From: Alkalispirochaeta sp.
GTDB taxonomy: Bacteria; Spirochaetota; Spirochaetia; DSM-27196; Alkalispirochaetaceae
Assembly (NCBI GenBank): GCA_965601925.1
Contig: OZ271854.1
Span: 4,416,001-4,480,000 of the forward strand
Direction: 5' to 3'
DNA length: 64,000 nt
Translations under genes and position numbers: made by a program
Notes under the pieces: model-generated
Databases searched by the model: none
Seen by the model: only the letters and a program-made list of their open reading frames with translations
What the model was told of the DNA's origin: nothing
Part shown: one piece after another, positions 40,661-50,328 of the stretch
Numbering within the stretch: position 1 is the stretch's first letter
How the letters are laid out: every line of letters begins with the position of its first letter

Positions 40661-41618
40661 GGGTCGCATCCTCCAGTCGCGTCGACAGTACGCTCAACAT
40701 GTCGCGGCTCATCGCATCGAGATTATAGCGCGGTTTCCATCCCCACTCCACGCGCGCCGCGTAGTCCTCCAAACCGTTGGGCCACGAGTTGGCGATCGCT
40801 TGGCGCACGGGATCGACGTGATACTCGATCTCGAACTCCGGAATATAGCGTCTGATGTAGGCGGCCTGTTCCTCGGGACAAAAGCTCATCGCCGTGACGT
40901 TGAATGCGTTGCGGTGGCGCAATCGGGCCGGATCGGCATCCATGAGGGTCAGCGCGGCGTGTACCGCGTCGGGCATGTACATCATGTCGAGATAGGTGTC
41001 GCCCTTGAGGAAGCATTCAAATCGCGCCGTTCGTACCGCCGCGTAGTAGATGTCTACCGCGTAGTCGGTGGTGCCGCCGCCGGGCGGCGTCTTATTGGAG
41101 ACGAGTCCCGGATACCGTACACCCCGCGTATCGACGCCGTACTTCCGAAAGTAGTAGTCGCACAACAGCTCGCCGGCGACCTTGGTCACGCCGTACATCG
41201 AGGTGGGCCGTTGGAGCGTGTCCTGGGGCGTCCAATCCTTGGGTGTGCTGGGACCGAAGGCTCCGATCGAACTGGGGGTAAAGACGGCGCACGTCTCCTC
41301 GCGAGCGATTTCCAGGACGGTCATGAGTCCGTTCATGTTGAGATCCCACGCAGCTTGCGGCCGAGCCTCGGCGGTCGCCGACAAGAGCGCCGCAAGGTGA
41401 AAGATCGTGTCGATACGGTGACGCCGTACGATCTCGGCGAGCTCTTTACCGTTAAGAACGTCCGAGAGGTAGAACGATCCGAGACGTGCGAGCTCTCCGG
41501 TGACGTCCTCCCGAATATCGGTGCAAACGACCTCTTCGGCGCCGTACTCGGTACGGAGGGAGAGCGCGATCTCACTGCCGAGTTGCCCCAGCGCGCCGGT
41601 GACTAGAATTCGTTTCAT
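40638..41618 (-). CDS. tdh: L-threonine 3-dehydrogenase (extended SDR type)
   Basis: TGALGQLG, HLAALLSA, PSSIGAFG, MYGVTK, PGGGTTDYAV, IANSWP; adjacent to kbl. Confidence 0.9.
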   Translation of the reverse strand: MKRILVTGALGQLGSEIALSLRTEYGAEEVVCTDIREDVTGELARLGSFYLSDVLNGKELAEIVRRHRIDTIFHLAALLSATAEARPQAAWDLNMNGLMTVLEIAREETCAVFTPSSIGAFGPSTPKDWTPQDTLQRPTSMYGVTKVAGELLCDYYFRKYGVDTRGVRYPGLVSNKTPPGGGTTDYAVDIYYAAVRTARFECFLKGDTYLDMMYMPDAVHAALTLMDADPARLRHRNAFNVTAMSFCPEEQAAYIRRYIPEFEIEYHVDPVRQAIANSWPNGLEDYAARVEWGWKPRYNLDAMSRDMLSVLSTRLEDATHVWIDEG

Positions 41619-41646
41619 CCATCGCCTCTTGAGAGTTATAATGCGT

Positions 41647-41727
41647 TTGACAGAGTGTTTATTCTCGAAATACACTATATCAAACACAAGTTTGATATAG
41701 TGTAACCGTTCGGTACGGCACTGTCAA
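41647..41727. promoter_or_regulatory. Face-to-face divergent promoters around a perfect 15-bp inverted repeat
   Basis: TACACTATATCAAAC-acaa-GTTTGATATAGTGTA (41671-41704); TTGACA on both strands (41647-52 +, 41722-27 -). Confidence 0.8.
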
Positions 41728-41740
41728 AGTCAAATCGAAG

Positions 41741-42340
41741 GTGAAAGAGACGATGGACGCATCACAAAACCCACCCCTCATAGGCGGTAATATTCGGAGT
41801 TTGCGGAAAGAACGTTCCCTAACCTTGGACGTTCTCGCCGAACGGAGCGGCGTCTCCAAGGCGATGCTCTCTCAGATCGAGGCCGAAAAGGTCAACCCGA
41901 CGGTCGCAACGGTCTGGAAAATCGCTCAAGGGCTGGACGTAGAGATCAACGAGCTGTTGAAAGGGAGCGAGGGCCCGGTTCGGAAGTTTCACTTGACCCG
42001 GGGAGACAACATCACCTCCCTCGATACCGATGAGGAGGGGCTGCACATTCGCGTGCTCACGCCGATTCAAATGGTGGAGGACCTCGAGATGTATCTTCTC
42101 ACCTTTCAACCGGCAGGTGCACTCCGCTCGGCTCCCCACTTTCCACGGACCGAGGAGTTTCTCACCGTGATCAAGGGCTCTATTCACGTACGCGCCGGCG
42201 ACCGAGATGCTCATCTACACGAGGGCGACTTCATCCGCTACCAGTGCGACGTGGACCACGACATCGAAAACACCGTCGCAGGTATCGCGATCGTCCATAT
42301 GGTGGTTCGATTCCACAAGCGAACGTTGGCGCAGTCGTAG
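41741..42340 (+). CDS. XRE HTH + cupin transcriptional regulator
   Basis: IRSLRKERSLTLDVLAERSGVSKAMLSQIE...NPT; C-terminal cupin (PH...EEFL...HDIEN). Confidence 0.92.
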   Translation: MKETMDASQNPPLIGGNIRSLRKERSLTLDVLAERSGVSKAMLSQIEAEKVNPTVATVWKIAQGLDVEINELLKGSEGPVRKFHLTRGDNITSLDTDEEGLHIRVLTPIQMVEDLEMYLLTFQPAGALRSAPHFPRTEEFLTVIKGSIHVRAGDRDAHLHEGDFIRYQCDVDHDIENTVAGIAIVHMVVRFHKRTLAQS

Positions 42341-42391
42341 CGCACCGCACGCCCGCCGGCCCGAATCAGGCCACGCGTGTCGCAGACCGGC

Positions 42392-43285
42392 TTACTCTCC
42401 CAGGAGCTCAACGGCTGCGGCGTTGGCACGTACCTGGTCGACGCTTCGCATACCGGGAATCACCATCGTAACCGCGCGGTGACGGAGCGGCCAGACCAGG
42501 GCCCACCTCGCCATGTCGATACCCGCCGGCAACTCACGAGTACGGATCTCCTCCACGGTTTCCAACATCCGCGTACGCTTATCCGCATCCATTCGCGACC
42601 GCCAGTCGTCGTCGGCAAACCGCGTTTGGGCGTCGTACTTGCCGCTCAAGAACCCGCTGGCCAACGGTACGCGAGCCAGAACGCCCAGTTTGAGACGTTC
42701 CGCAGCGGGAAAGATCTCTGCCTCGGGCTCGCGATCGATCCGATTGTAAATAATCTGAAGCGTCTCGCACTGCGCCTCGGGCGCACGTTCCACCTGCATG
42801 AGGTTGTCGTTCTTGCTTACCGAGAGACCGACAAAACGCACCGTGCCCTCCTGCTTAACGCGGCGTAACGCCTCCCACAACTCCTCGTTGAGGAACTCCT
42901 CGTCGGTGGGGCTGTGGAACTGCAGAATATCGATATAGTCGGTACGCAAGGCCCGTAGCGACGCCTCGAGTTGCTCGCGCACATCGCGAGCGAGCCAGTG
43001 ACGCGTGCGGTTCTGAAAGCCGTGGTAACGGTGGCCGAACTTACTCGCGACGATCCACGAGTCGCGCTCTTGACGCAGCCGCGCGCCGATGAGCGACTCC
43101 GAGAGATGATCGCCGTAGCATTCGGCCGTATCGATGAAGTTCATCCCCTCGTCGCGCGCCGCGCCCAGGATTGCATCGACGTCTGAGATACTGAACGTCT
43201 GGCCCCACTCCCCGCCGAACTGCCACGTCCCCACCCCGACGACGCTCACCTCGAGCCCCGTGCTTCCCAGTGTTCTATAGAGCAT
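42392..43285 (-). CDS. Aldo/keto reductase
   Basis: LGSTGLEVS, IDTAECYG, ASKFG, DYIDILQFH, PLASGFLSGKY. Confidence 0.94.
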   Translation of the reverse strand: MLYRTLGSTGLEVSVVGVGTWQFGGEWGQTFSISDVDAILGAARDEGMNFIDTAECYGDHLSESLIGARLRQERDSWIVASKFGHRYHGFQNRTRHWLARDVREQLEASLRALRTDYIDILQFHSPTDEEFLNEELWEALRRVKQEGTVRFVGLSVSKNDNLMQVERAPEAQCETLQIIYNRIDREPEAEIFPAAERLKLGVLARVPLASGFLSGKYDAQTRFADDDWRSRMDADKRTRMLETVEEIRTRELPAGIDMARWALVWPLRHRAVTMVIPGMRSVDQVRANAAAVELLGE

Positions 43286-43287
43286 TG

Positions 43288-44757
43288 TTAAAGAGTACCA
43301 GCGCCGACCGGACTGCGCAAACGGCGACGCATGACGAAGTCGGAACCGGCGAGGACGAGCAACTGCACGACGTTCGCACCGGCAAAGGAAAATGCCGCGA
43401 CGCTTGAACCGGCAAGACTCGTCAGACTTGGAAGCAAGATGACGAGGGTCAACAACGTCGCGGTGTTGGCGGCGACCGCTATCGCAAGGAGCCCCGTGCG
43501 ATGACGCGCCACGAGAACTCCGCTGAAAAACGATCTTCCCGTAGCGGCGGCGGGCATTACGATCAGAATGACCATCGCTGAACGTGCCAGCTCGACCAAC
43601 GCGGTATCGAGTCCGGCTACGCGAGAAAACCAGAGACGCGACAGACCCGTCAGGCTCATGAGCGCGAAGATCGTCGTGAGAATCACGGCGAGTACAGCGG
43701 CAAATCGCCGGACGACGGGCTCGTTTGCCGTATTACGATTTACCATGGCCACGACCGCTTCTTGATAGGAGAGCGCTATGGAGGTGAAGAGAAACAGGAG
43801 GCTCTGTATGACCGGCCACGCGGCGAGAGACAAAAAGGGCGCGACTGAGCGGCCGATGCCGTAGGCGAGAATCGGCCTCGACGCCAGTGACATGATCGAG
43901 GTGAGGGAGAGCGGCACGTAGAAGGCCAAGAGCTCCGTGAAGGTCTTCGGCACGTCGCGGCTTGACGCGGTGGCGCTTGGCGCGGTGGCGCTTGACGCGG
44001 TGGCGCTTGGCGCGGTGGTGCCGCCGCTCTCGAACAGATCCGCCTCGACGTAGCGGCGAAAGTACCACCACGACGCCGCGGCGCCGGCAACGACTCCCGC
44101 CATCAGCGAGACGCCGGCAACGATGTGCCCGCCGGGAGCGCGATCCGGCGCGATCCGATGCGCCGCAAATCCCGCGGCGAGACACCCGATCGTGACCGAG
44201 AGGCGGATAACCATCGTTCGCCCCACTAACCCGGTCTTTCCGGCCTGGATCAATCCTCCCTGCCACAGTCTTCTATAGCCGACCATGGCGGCCAAAGGAA
44301 GCAGCAACACAAGGAGCTGCTGCGCCGGCTCCACCACCTCCGGAGGCACCGAGAGAATCCGCCGCGTCACGAACCCGAAGACGACCGGCCGGCTCACACC
44401 GAAGTGGATCCCGGTTAACAGAATCGTCCACGCGTGCATAAAACGTAGCATCGAACGGTACGACCGGGGTCCGCGTACTAAAGCGGTAGCGGCGGACAAC
44501 ATCTGGAGGATCGGGCTCTCTATAACCAGCGCGAGTCCGAAGGCGACCTCGAAGGAGGCCAGGTGGACCACCGCGTTGGGTAGGCGGGCCATGACGGCGT
44601 TGAGCGAGGGCTGCTCGATACCCATGATGATCCACATGAGCGCTAAAGGCAGCCAGAATATCAGGAGTGAACTCGGAGCCAGGGATGTGGTGTGTCGATT
44701 CACGATGGTGAGTACTTTACAATACTTTCGGCACCCGTATCTCGAACCGCGTTCCAT
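43288..44757 (-). CDS. MATE/MOP-like multi-pass membrane protein (true start probably near 44704)
   Basis: Two related halves (FWLPLALM / FYVPLSLT), about 12 TM segments. Confidence 0.7.
   Translation of the reverse strand: MERGSRYGCRKYCKVLTIVNRHTTSLAPSSLLIFWLPLALMWIIMGIEQPSLNAVMARLPNAVVHLASFEVAFGLALVIESPILQMLSAATALVRGPRSYRSMLRFMHAWTILLTGIHFGVSRPVVFGFVTRRILSVPPEVVEPAQQLLVLLLPLAAMVGYRRLWQGGLIQAGKTGLVGRTMVIRLSVTIGCLAAGFAAHRIAPDRAPGGHIVAGVSLMAGVVAGAAASWWYFRRYVEADLFESGGTTAPSATASSATAPSATASSRDVPKTFTELLAFYVPLSLTSIMSLASRPILAYGIGRSVAPFLSLAAWPVIQSLLFLFTSIALSYQEAVVAMVNRNTANEPVVRRFAAVLAVILTTIFALMSLTGLSRLWFSRVAGLDTALVELARSAMVILIVMPAAATGRSFFSGVLVARHRTGLLAIAVAANTATLLTLVILLPSLTSLAGSSVAAFSFAGANVVQLLVLAGSDFVMRRRLRSPVGAGTL
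43961..44020. repeat. 15-bp tandem repeat x4 in the central loop of the MATE-like gene
   Basis: cttgacgcggtggcg / cttggcgcggtggcg alternating; encodes TAPSATASSATAPSATASS. Confidence 0.85.
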
Positions 44758-46150
44758 TACCTACGATGACGCGCGTCGTAGCCTCAATCTGCTCCGAGAG
44801 ACTCGTGATGAGTTGCAGTCCCAGCCCGGAGCCGCTTAACGCTCCCTCCGTCTCGCGAAGGTTTATCTCCACGGCTCCGCCGGGCAGCGCCATTCCGGGT
44901 CCGTTGTCGGCGATCGCAAGCATGAGCGTTCCCGCTTGTTTGTTGTCGCACAACACTTCGACGATGATACGGTCGTCGCGCCCCGGACGAGGTGAAAAAA
45001 CGTACTTAATACAGTTATTGATAATCTCGGCGACGATGAGTCCGAGAGGTACGACGATTCGGGCCGAGATCGTCGCCTCGATGCCGGAGGCGTCCAGCCC
45101 GACACTCCTTGCATCGTGCATCGCGAGAAGATCACGCACCAAATCGACGATGTACGCTTTCAGCGGAAGCGCCTCCGAACCGACAGATCGGTAGAGGCGC
45201 TCGTGGACCATCGCCATGGCGTGAATTCGCTCGTGGCTACGCTGCACCAACTCGCCGGTCGTCACCCCCTCCACGGTGGCCTGAAGGTGTAGGAAGCTAT
45301 CGATGATCTGCATGTTGTTCTTGACGCGGTGGTGAATCTCCCGCAGGAGCGTGTTGGTGCGTTTGAGCGAGTCGGACATCTCCTCTTCCCGCCGCTTGCG
45401 CTCGGAAATATCGTTGAAGACGACCGCGAAGTGCATCAACTCGGGGCTGAACACCCTCACACCGAACCACCGTTTGAGGTTCGCCGACCACATCTCGACA
45501 TATCGCGGCTTCCCGCCAAGAGCGACCTCGCCGTACAGATCGACCCAATGGAGGTCCGTCTCGCTAAAACCCGGTTGAGACTCGCGGATGGAACGCCCGA
45601 TGATTTCACGCCGATCGAGGCCGGTCATGCGTTCGAACGCTTCGTTGGCCGCCAGAAACACAAAATCGCTCGGGTTTCCCTCCTCGTCGAGGACCAACCG
45701 GTGGTAGGCAAACCCGTTGAGCATATGCTCAAAAAGCCCTCGATAGAGCTTGGCCTCGATAGGAGCTCCTACCTGCTGAATAAGATCCTCGACATCGTCG
45801 GCAAGGGCGGCAAGTTGCTCGGGAGAGTCGTCGCTGTACCAAATCGCGCCCGCCTGCATTGCCCGTGCGGCGTGAATGGGAGAATCTTGTCTACTCACGA
45901 TAACGACCGGTATCTCCCGCGCGAGCAGAGGGAGATACGTAAGTATGCCTTCGGCGGGTTTTAGGCCGTCTACGACCATCGCCGGCCGGTAGCGTTTAAG
46001 GAGTGCGGCGCGATAGTCGTCGCGCTTCAAGCGTTGGGGATTAATGGTAAAGGCACCGCCGGGGTGGCTACTCAGGGCGTGCAACACCGCATCTACGTCG
46101 ATGCCGTCCTCGGGAGCAATTACCACCGGACCGGTCTTGTTTGACTGCAC
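44717..46150 (-). CDS. Cytoplasmic sensor histidine kinase: degenerate REC + PAS + HisKA_2/HATPase
   Basis: ANEAFERMTG PAS, EIHHRVKNNMQ, EIINNCIKY, IADNGPG, GLGLQLI; start set at GTG 46150. Confidence 0.85.
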   Translation of the reverse strand: MQSNKTGPVVIAPEDGIDVDAVLHALSSHPGGAFTINPQRLKRDDYRAALLKRYRPAMVVDGLKPAEGILTYLPLLAREIPVVIVSRQDSPIHAARAMQAGAIWYSDDSPEQLAALADDVEDLIQQVGAPIEAKLYRGLFEHMLNGFAYHRLVLDEEGNPSDFVFLAANEAFERMTGLDRREIIGRSIRESQPGFSETDLHWVDLYGEVALGGKPRYVEMWSANLKRWFGVRVFSPELMHFAVVFNDISERKRREEEMSDSLKRTNTLLREIHHRVKNNMQIIDSFLHLQATVEGVTTGELVQRSHERIHAMAMVHERLYRSVGSEALPLKAYIVDLVRDLLAMHDARSVGLDASGIEATISARIVVPLGLIVAEIINNCIKYVFSPRPGRDDRIIVEVLCDNKQAGTLMLAIADNGPGMALPGGAVEINLRETEGALSGSGLGLQLITSLSEQIEATTRVIVGNGTRFEIRVPKVL

Positions 46151-46256
46151 TAGGCAAATATATGTCCGCGTATCGGATAGTGACAAACGCACGGGATAGA
46201 GAGGATTGACATACCGGCGACGACCGAGGTGCACCGGTATGCCGTCTATCGGGGAA

Positions 46257-47867
46257 TCAGTAGTACAGTCCGCGCGAGACCATGTAGTAGCGGCCCGATG
46301 CGTTCCAGAGGCTGAAACCGCTCGCGCCGGCGTCCAAACTCCCCCGAATCTGGCGCTTAAGATAGTCCGTATAAACATCCTCGTTAAACTCGAGCTCGCC
46401 GCCGATCAAGAATGCCTGAATATAGGGTCGGATAAGCACCGTGTCTCCGGTAATCCGCCGCCCGCGAGCAACGGCCTCGCGATAGATGTACTCCGCCCAT
46501 TCGAGGTACGGAAGATGCCCGACGAAACCGCGCGGAAAGTGCGACGGATAGAGCATCGGTGATATGACGTCGACGTAGCGGGCCAAAAGCGCAATGTCCT
46601 GGCCGAGGTAGCTCATGCGGTACCACCCGTTGAACCCGAAGACATCGATCCCGATCGGAATATCGATCTGCGTGCGCGCACGGCGTAAAAACATGGATAT
46701 CGCCTCGACACGATCGTCTCGAAAGGGATCGTCGTTCACCAATGCCGGACTATCGGCGCGATGGCGAAAGACGATGTCGCCTACGCGGCCGTCGGCCGGG
46801 GTACGAATGTAGTCGAACTGGATCTCGTCCACCCCGAGTTCCTCCAGCTCGCGGGCGATCGCGATGTTGTAGTCCCATACAAACTCCGAGAACGGATCGA
46901 CCCAAAACTCAACCTGTCGGCTGTGCGTCTCACCGGTCTCTTCGTCACGAGTCTGGCGAAAGACGCCCCACGGCGCCTCGCGCCTCCGGTCCCACACGGC
47001 GTAGCGGTTATTGTCGTAGCGATAGAGCATGGGGTCCTGAAAGACTACGATGCGCGCTATTACATACAAATCGTGGCTTTGGATCGTATCAATGACTCGC
47101 CGGGCGTCGAAGAGTGCACGTACCGACCCGACGCGCCGATGGAGCTCCAGCTGTGAGTCGTATGCGAGCCTCCCGAAGTCGTCCTTGAAGTCGACCACGA
47201 CCGCCGTCATACCTCGCTCGGCGGCGAAGGCCATGTGCGAGGCGAGAGCGGTCGGTTCTACCTGTTGCGGAGATAGGTAAAACGAAACGTGGTCGGCTGC
47301 GAGGCGTCGCCGCTCGCGACGCGCAGGAGAATCGGCGATCCGTTCCACGGCGGGCGCCCGTGTGGCGCGCTCAAGGGCGGCGACGCCCCGCTCCGCGGGA
47401 AGGTCGACTATCGAGCCGTCGCGCCGAGATACCGCCCGCACGGATCGATCCTGGGCGTACTCGACCCAAATAATGCGCCCATCCGTGAGATCGTACGCTG
47501 CGGCGGAGATGTCTTCGTAGAATCCCTCACCGAGATGAAGCGATCGAGTAGCGCCATCCTCGGTTAGATCGCGCCACGTTGCGCCGCCGTCCACAGACTC
47601 GTACAAGCCGTGAAACGTCGTCGCAACGATAATCGCCGAAGTATCGTGCGGCGACACGGTTGCACTGGTGATATATGTATTTAATCCGGTGACCTCGCGA
47701 AGGGCCGCCGCCTCGCGAAGGCTCTCCTCGCCGCTTCGCCGAATCAATACGGCGGTCGACTCTACGCGCATCTCCTCGACCGAGGCCGACACCGCAAGAC
47801 CGACGAGGCACAGAAGCGCCGCTGTTAATCGGAACGTCTTGGTACTCATATCGCGCGATCGTACCAT
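46257..47867 (-). CDS. Putative exported glycoside hydrolase (DUF4015-like TIM barrel)
   Basis: Signal peptide; Asp-box SVDGGATW; VVDFKDD, ARIVVFQD, DEIQFDYIR, SPMLYPSHF. Confidence 0.8.
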   Translation of the reverse strand: MVRSRDMSTKTFRLTAALLCLVGLAVSASVEEMRVESTAVLIRRSGEESLREAAALREVTGLNTYITSATVSPHDTSAIIVATTFHGLYESVDGGATWRDLTEDGATRSLHLGEGFYEDISAAAYDLTDGRIIWVEYAQDRSVRAVSRRDGSIVDLPAERGVAALERATRAPAVERIADSPARRERRRLAADHVSFYLSPQQVEPTALASHMAFAAERGMTAVVVDFKDDFGRLAYDSQLELHRRVGSVRALFDARRVIDTIQSHDLYVIARIVVFQDPMLYRYDNNRYAVWDRRREAPWGVFRQTRDEETGETHSRQVEFWVDPFSEFVWDYNIAIARELEELGVDEIQFDYIRTPADGRVGDIVFRHRADSPALVNDDPFRDDRVEAISMFLRRARTQIDIPIGIDVFGFNGWYRMSYLGQDIALLARYVDVISPMLYPSHFPRGFVGHLPYLEWAEYIYREAVARGRRITGDTVLIRPYIQAFLIGGELEFNEDVYTDYLKRQIRGSLDAGASGFSLWNASGRYYMVSRGLYY

Positions 47868-47974
47868 ACCGGCAAGAGGCGTGACAGCTCTTTTGAGGCG
47901 ACCTCTCGCGCTCTTCGGCGGCCCACGCCTTTCGATACTTGGAAAAACGCATTATTGTTATGGAGGAGGGCGGG

Positions 47975-48466
47975 ATGAAGATAGCGATTTTCAGCGATAT
48001 ACACGACAATATCTGGAATCTGGAACGAGCCCTTAAGGACCTCGCGCGACACGGTCCGGGTGTGTTGTTCTTTCTCGGCGATTTCTGCGCCCCCTTCACA
48101 CTCTCCCAGTTGGCAGAAGGCTTTCCGGGACCGATTCATGCCGTCTTCGGCAACAACGATGGTGATACGTTTCTTTTAAGCGCGATCGCGGCACAGCATC
48201 CCCACGTGACATTACATGGGCAAATGGCGGAAGTCACGGTCGAGGAGGAGCTGTTCGCCCTCAACCATTATCCCGATATCGCACGCCGACTGGCCGAGAG
48301 TCGGCGGTACACCGCCGTGTTCAGCGGCCACGACCACCGTCGCTACGTAGAAGAGATCGGACGGACGCTCTGGGCAAACCCGGGCGAAATCATGGGGCGC
48401 TTTGGTGAGCCGAGTTACGGTATATACGACGTCGCGGCGCACGACTTTACCCACATCGATATCTGA
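47975..48466 (+). CDS. Metallophosphoesterase (YfcE/MJ0936 family)
   Basis: SDIHDN, GDF, FGNND, SGHDH, NPGE. Confidence 0.9.
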   Translation: MKIAIFSDIHDNIWNLERALKDLARHGPGVLFFLGDFCAPFTLSQLAEGFPGPIHAVFGNNDGDTFLLSAIAAQHPHVTLHGQMAEVTVEEELFALNHYPDIARRLAESRRYTAVFSGHDHRRYVEEIGRTLWANPGEIMGRFGEPSYGIYDVAAHDFTHIDI

Positions 48467-48472
48467 GGCGTT

Positions 48473-49978
48473 ATGAATCGAAATCACATTCCCGGCAACG
48501 GGACACACCCATCCCACGGTGAGCGCAACGCAACACCGTCTCCGGGCGCGGCTCGCGCGACGCTCCGAGAGGAGGCGGTCTCCGCGCTACGCGACATCTT
48601 CGGCGACGATCTTCTGATCGGCCGGACGGATCTCATCGAAAAGTACGCGAAAGATATGGCCGGCGGCTCGTCGTGGCGCATGACACCGGAAGCGGTCGTC
48701 TTCCCGCAGACCACCGAAGACGTCGTTCGCCTTATGACGGTGGCTCGCACGTATCGTATTCCGGTTACGGCGCGGGGAGCGGGAAGCGGTCTCGCCGCCG
48801 GAGCCGTCGCAGCGGCAGGCGGTATCGTATGTTCCCTCGAAAAGATGAATCGTATCGTCGAGGTCGATACGGAGAACCTCGCGGCCGTTGTGGAACCCGG
48901 CGTCGTGACGCGCGAGTTGGACGCAGCCTTGGAGCCTGCCGGATTGTTTTTCGCCGGGTATCCGATGAGCGAAGAGATCTGCACGATCGGCGGAAACGTC
49001 GCTACCAACGCCGGAGGCGGTCGTGCGGTCAAATACGGCGTTACGGGTCATCACGTACTGGGACTCCAGGTTGTAACCGCCGGCGGGGAGGTTCTCAATC
49101 TGGGCGGAAAGCGACTCAAAGATGTCACGGGCCTCAATCTGCTGCCGCTGTTCGTGGGAAGTGAGGGCGTCCTCGGCATTATCACGCGCATCACCGTGCG
49201 CCTCACGCCGCGCCCGGGAGATCGAACGGCCTTCCTGGTCTCCTTTGCGTCCTCACAGGACGCGACGGCCGCGGTCGGTGCACTACGGCGCAGCGAGGCG
49301 GGCGTCCCGTCATCGATCGAGTATATCGACGGTAAAACCGCAGCCGGCGCGGCCGCACAACTGTGGCGCAACACGCCGGCGCCGTTTCTCTTCGACGATT
49401 CGGCGGGAGCGCTGCTGCTCGTCGAGTCCGAAGGTCGCAGCCGCAAGGAAGCGCACGCGATATTGGAACGCTACCGCCCCTCGATTGAACGGCACAGCGG
49501 ATCCGTCGTCGTCGTCGCCGACTCCCCTGCCGCGTTGGCGACGATCTGGAAGCTCCGTAAGGCGGTCCCGTGGTGGGTCAAACGGCAAAGCGGAGTCCAC
49601 CACTCGGTAGAGGATGTGGTCGTCCCGTCCACCGCGATACCGGAACTCGTACGCCGCGCCCTCGAATTGGAAGCGTCGTCGGGTCTGAACGTCGCGATCT
49701 TCGGCCACGCCGGTGACGGCAACTTTCACATCAATCCGATGAAGCCGGCCGCTATGTCTCCGGCGGAGTGGGAGGCGCGCCTCCACGAGTTTTTAACCGC
49801 TCTGTACCGCGTCACCGTCTCACTCGGCGGCACGATCAGCGGTGAGCACGGCATCGGTCGCAAACGGACCGCCGCGCTCTCCCTTGCTCTTAGCGACGCT
49901 GAAATCGCAGTCATGCGACGCCTCAAGGATGCCCTCGATCCCGATGGAATTCTCAATCCCGGGGTGCTGTTACCGTAA
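48473..49978 (+). CDS. FAD-linked oxidase (GlcD / D-2-hydroxyacid dehydrogenase-like)
   Basis: RGAGSGLA, TIGGNVATNAGG, GSEGVLG, GHAGDGNFH, SGEHGIG, LNPG. Confidence 0.92.
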   Translation: MNRNHIPGNGTHPSHGERNATPSPGAARATLREEAVSALRDIFGDDLLIGRTDLIEKYAKDMAGGSSWRMTPEAVVFPQTTEDVVRLMTVARTYRIPVTARGAGSGLAAGAVAAAGGIVCSLEKMNRIVEVDTENLAAVVEPGVVTRELDAALEPAGLFFAGYPMSEEICTIGGNVATNAGGGRAVKYGVTGHHVLGLQVVTAGGEVLNLGGKRLKDVTGLNLLPLFVGSEGVLGIITRITVRLTPRPGDRTAFLVSFASSQDATAAVGALRRSEAGVPSSIEYIDGKTAAGAAAQLWRNTPAPFLFDDSAGALLLVESEGRSRKEAHAILERYRPSIERHSGSVVVVADSPAALATIWKLRKAVPWWVKRQSGVHHSVEDVVVPSTAIPELVRRALELEASSGLNVAIFGHAGDGNFHINPMKPAAMSPAEWEARLHEFLTALYRVTVSLGGTISGEHGIGRKRTAALSLALSDAEIAVMRRLKDALDPDGILNPGVLLP

Positions 49979-50043
49979 AGGCGCCTCTCCGCGCAGAGCT
50001 GCAACGGGAACGTATAACGCATTGAGGTTCGCGATGCGGCGCA

Positions 50044-50328
50044 TCATCCCTCATGAAGAAGATCTCGGAACTCCGGGTGGCGTTCGAAAAAACGCACCGC
50101 ATACGAGCATCGCGGCCGCACTTTGACCCCGGTACGGCGCGCGTACTCAACCGCCGCGCGAACGAGTTGGCCTGCGATCCCCTGCCCACGCATCGAGGCT
50201 GGTGTAAAGGTGTGATCGAGAATCAACGCGCCGTCGGCGGCGACTCGATAGTCGACGACGGCCTCGTCGCCGGCCGCATACACGACGAAGCGTTTGCGCT
50301 CGCTCTCGTGCAGGATATCGTGTTCCAT
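50044..50328 (-). CDS. Small GNAT acetyltransferase (YjdJ-like)
   Basis: DHTFTP..RGQGIAGQL, PRCSYA; start overlaps the upstream stop. Confidence 0.88.
   Translation of the reverse strand: MEHDILHESERKRFVVYAAGDEAVVDYRVAADGALILDHTFTPASMRGQGIAGQLVRAAVEYARRTGVKVRPRCSYAVRFFERHPEFRDLLHEG

Noticed and set aside
46150..46378. ORF-track N-terminal extension of the kinase (similar extensions at 25738, 32031, 12418, 23309)
   Set aside because: The extensions overlap neighbouring genes or promoters; downstream starts fit SD or -10 positions and domain boundaries better.
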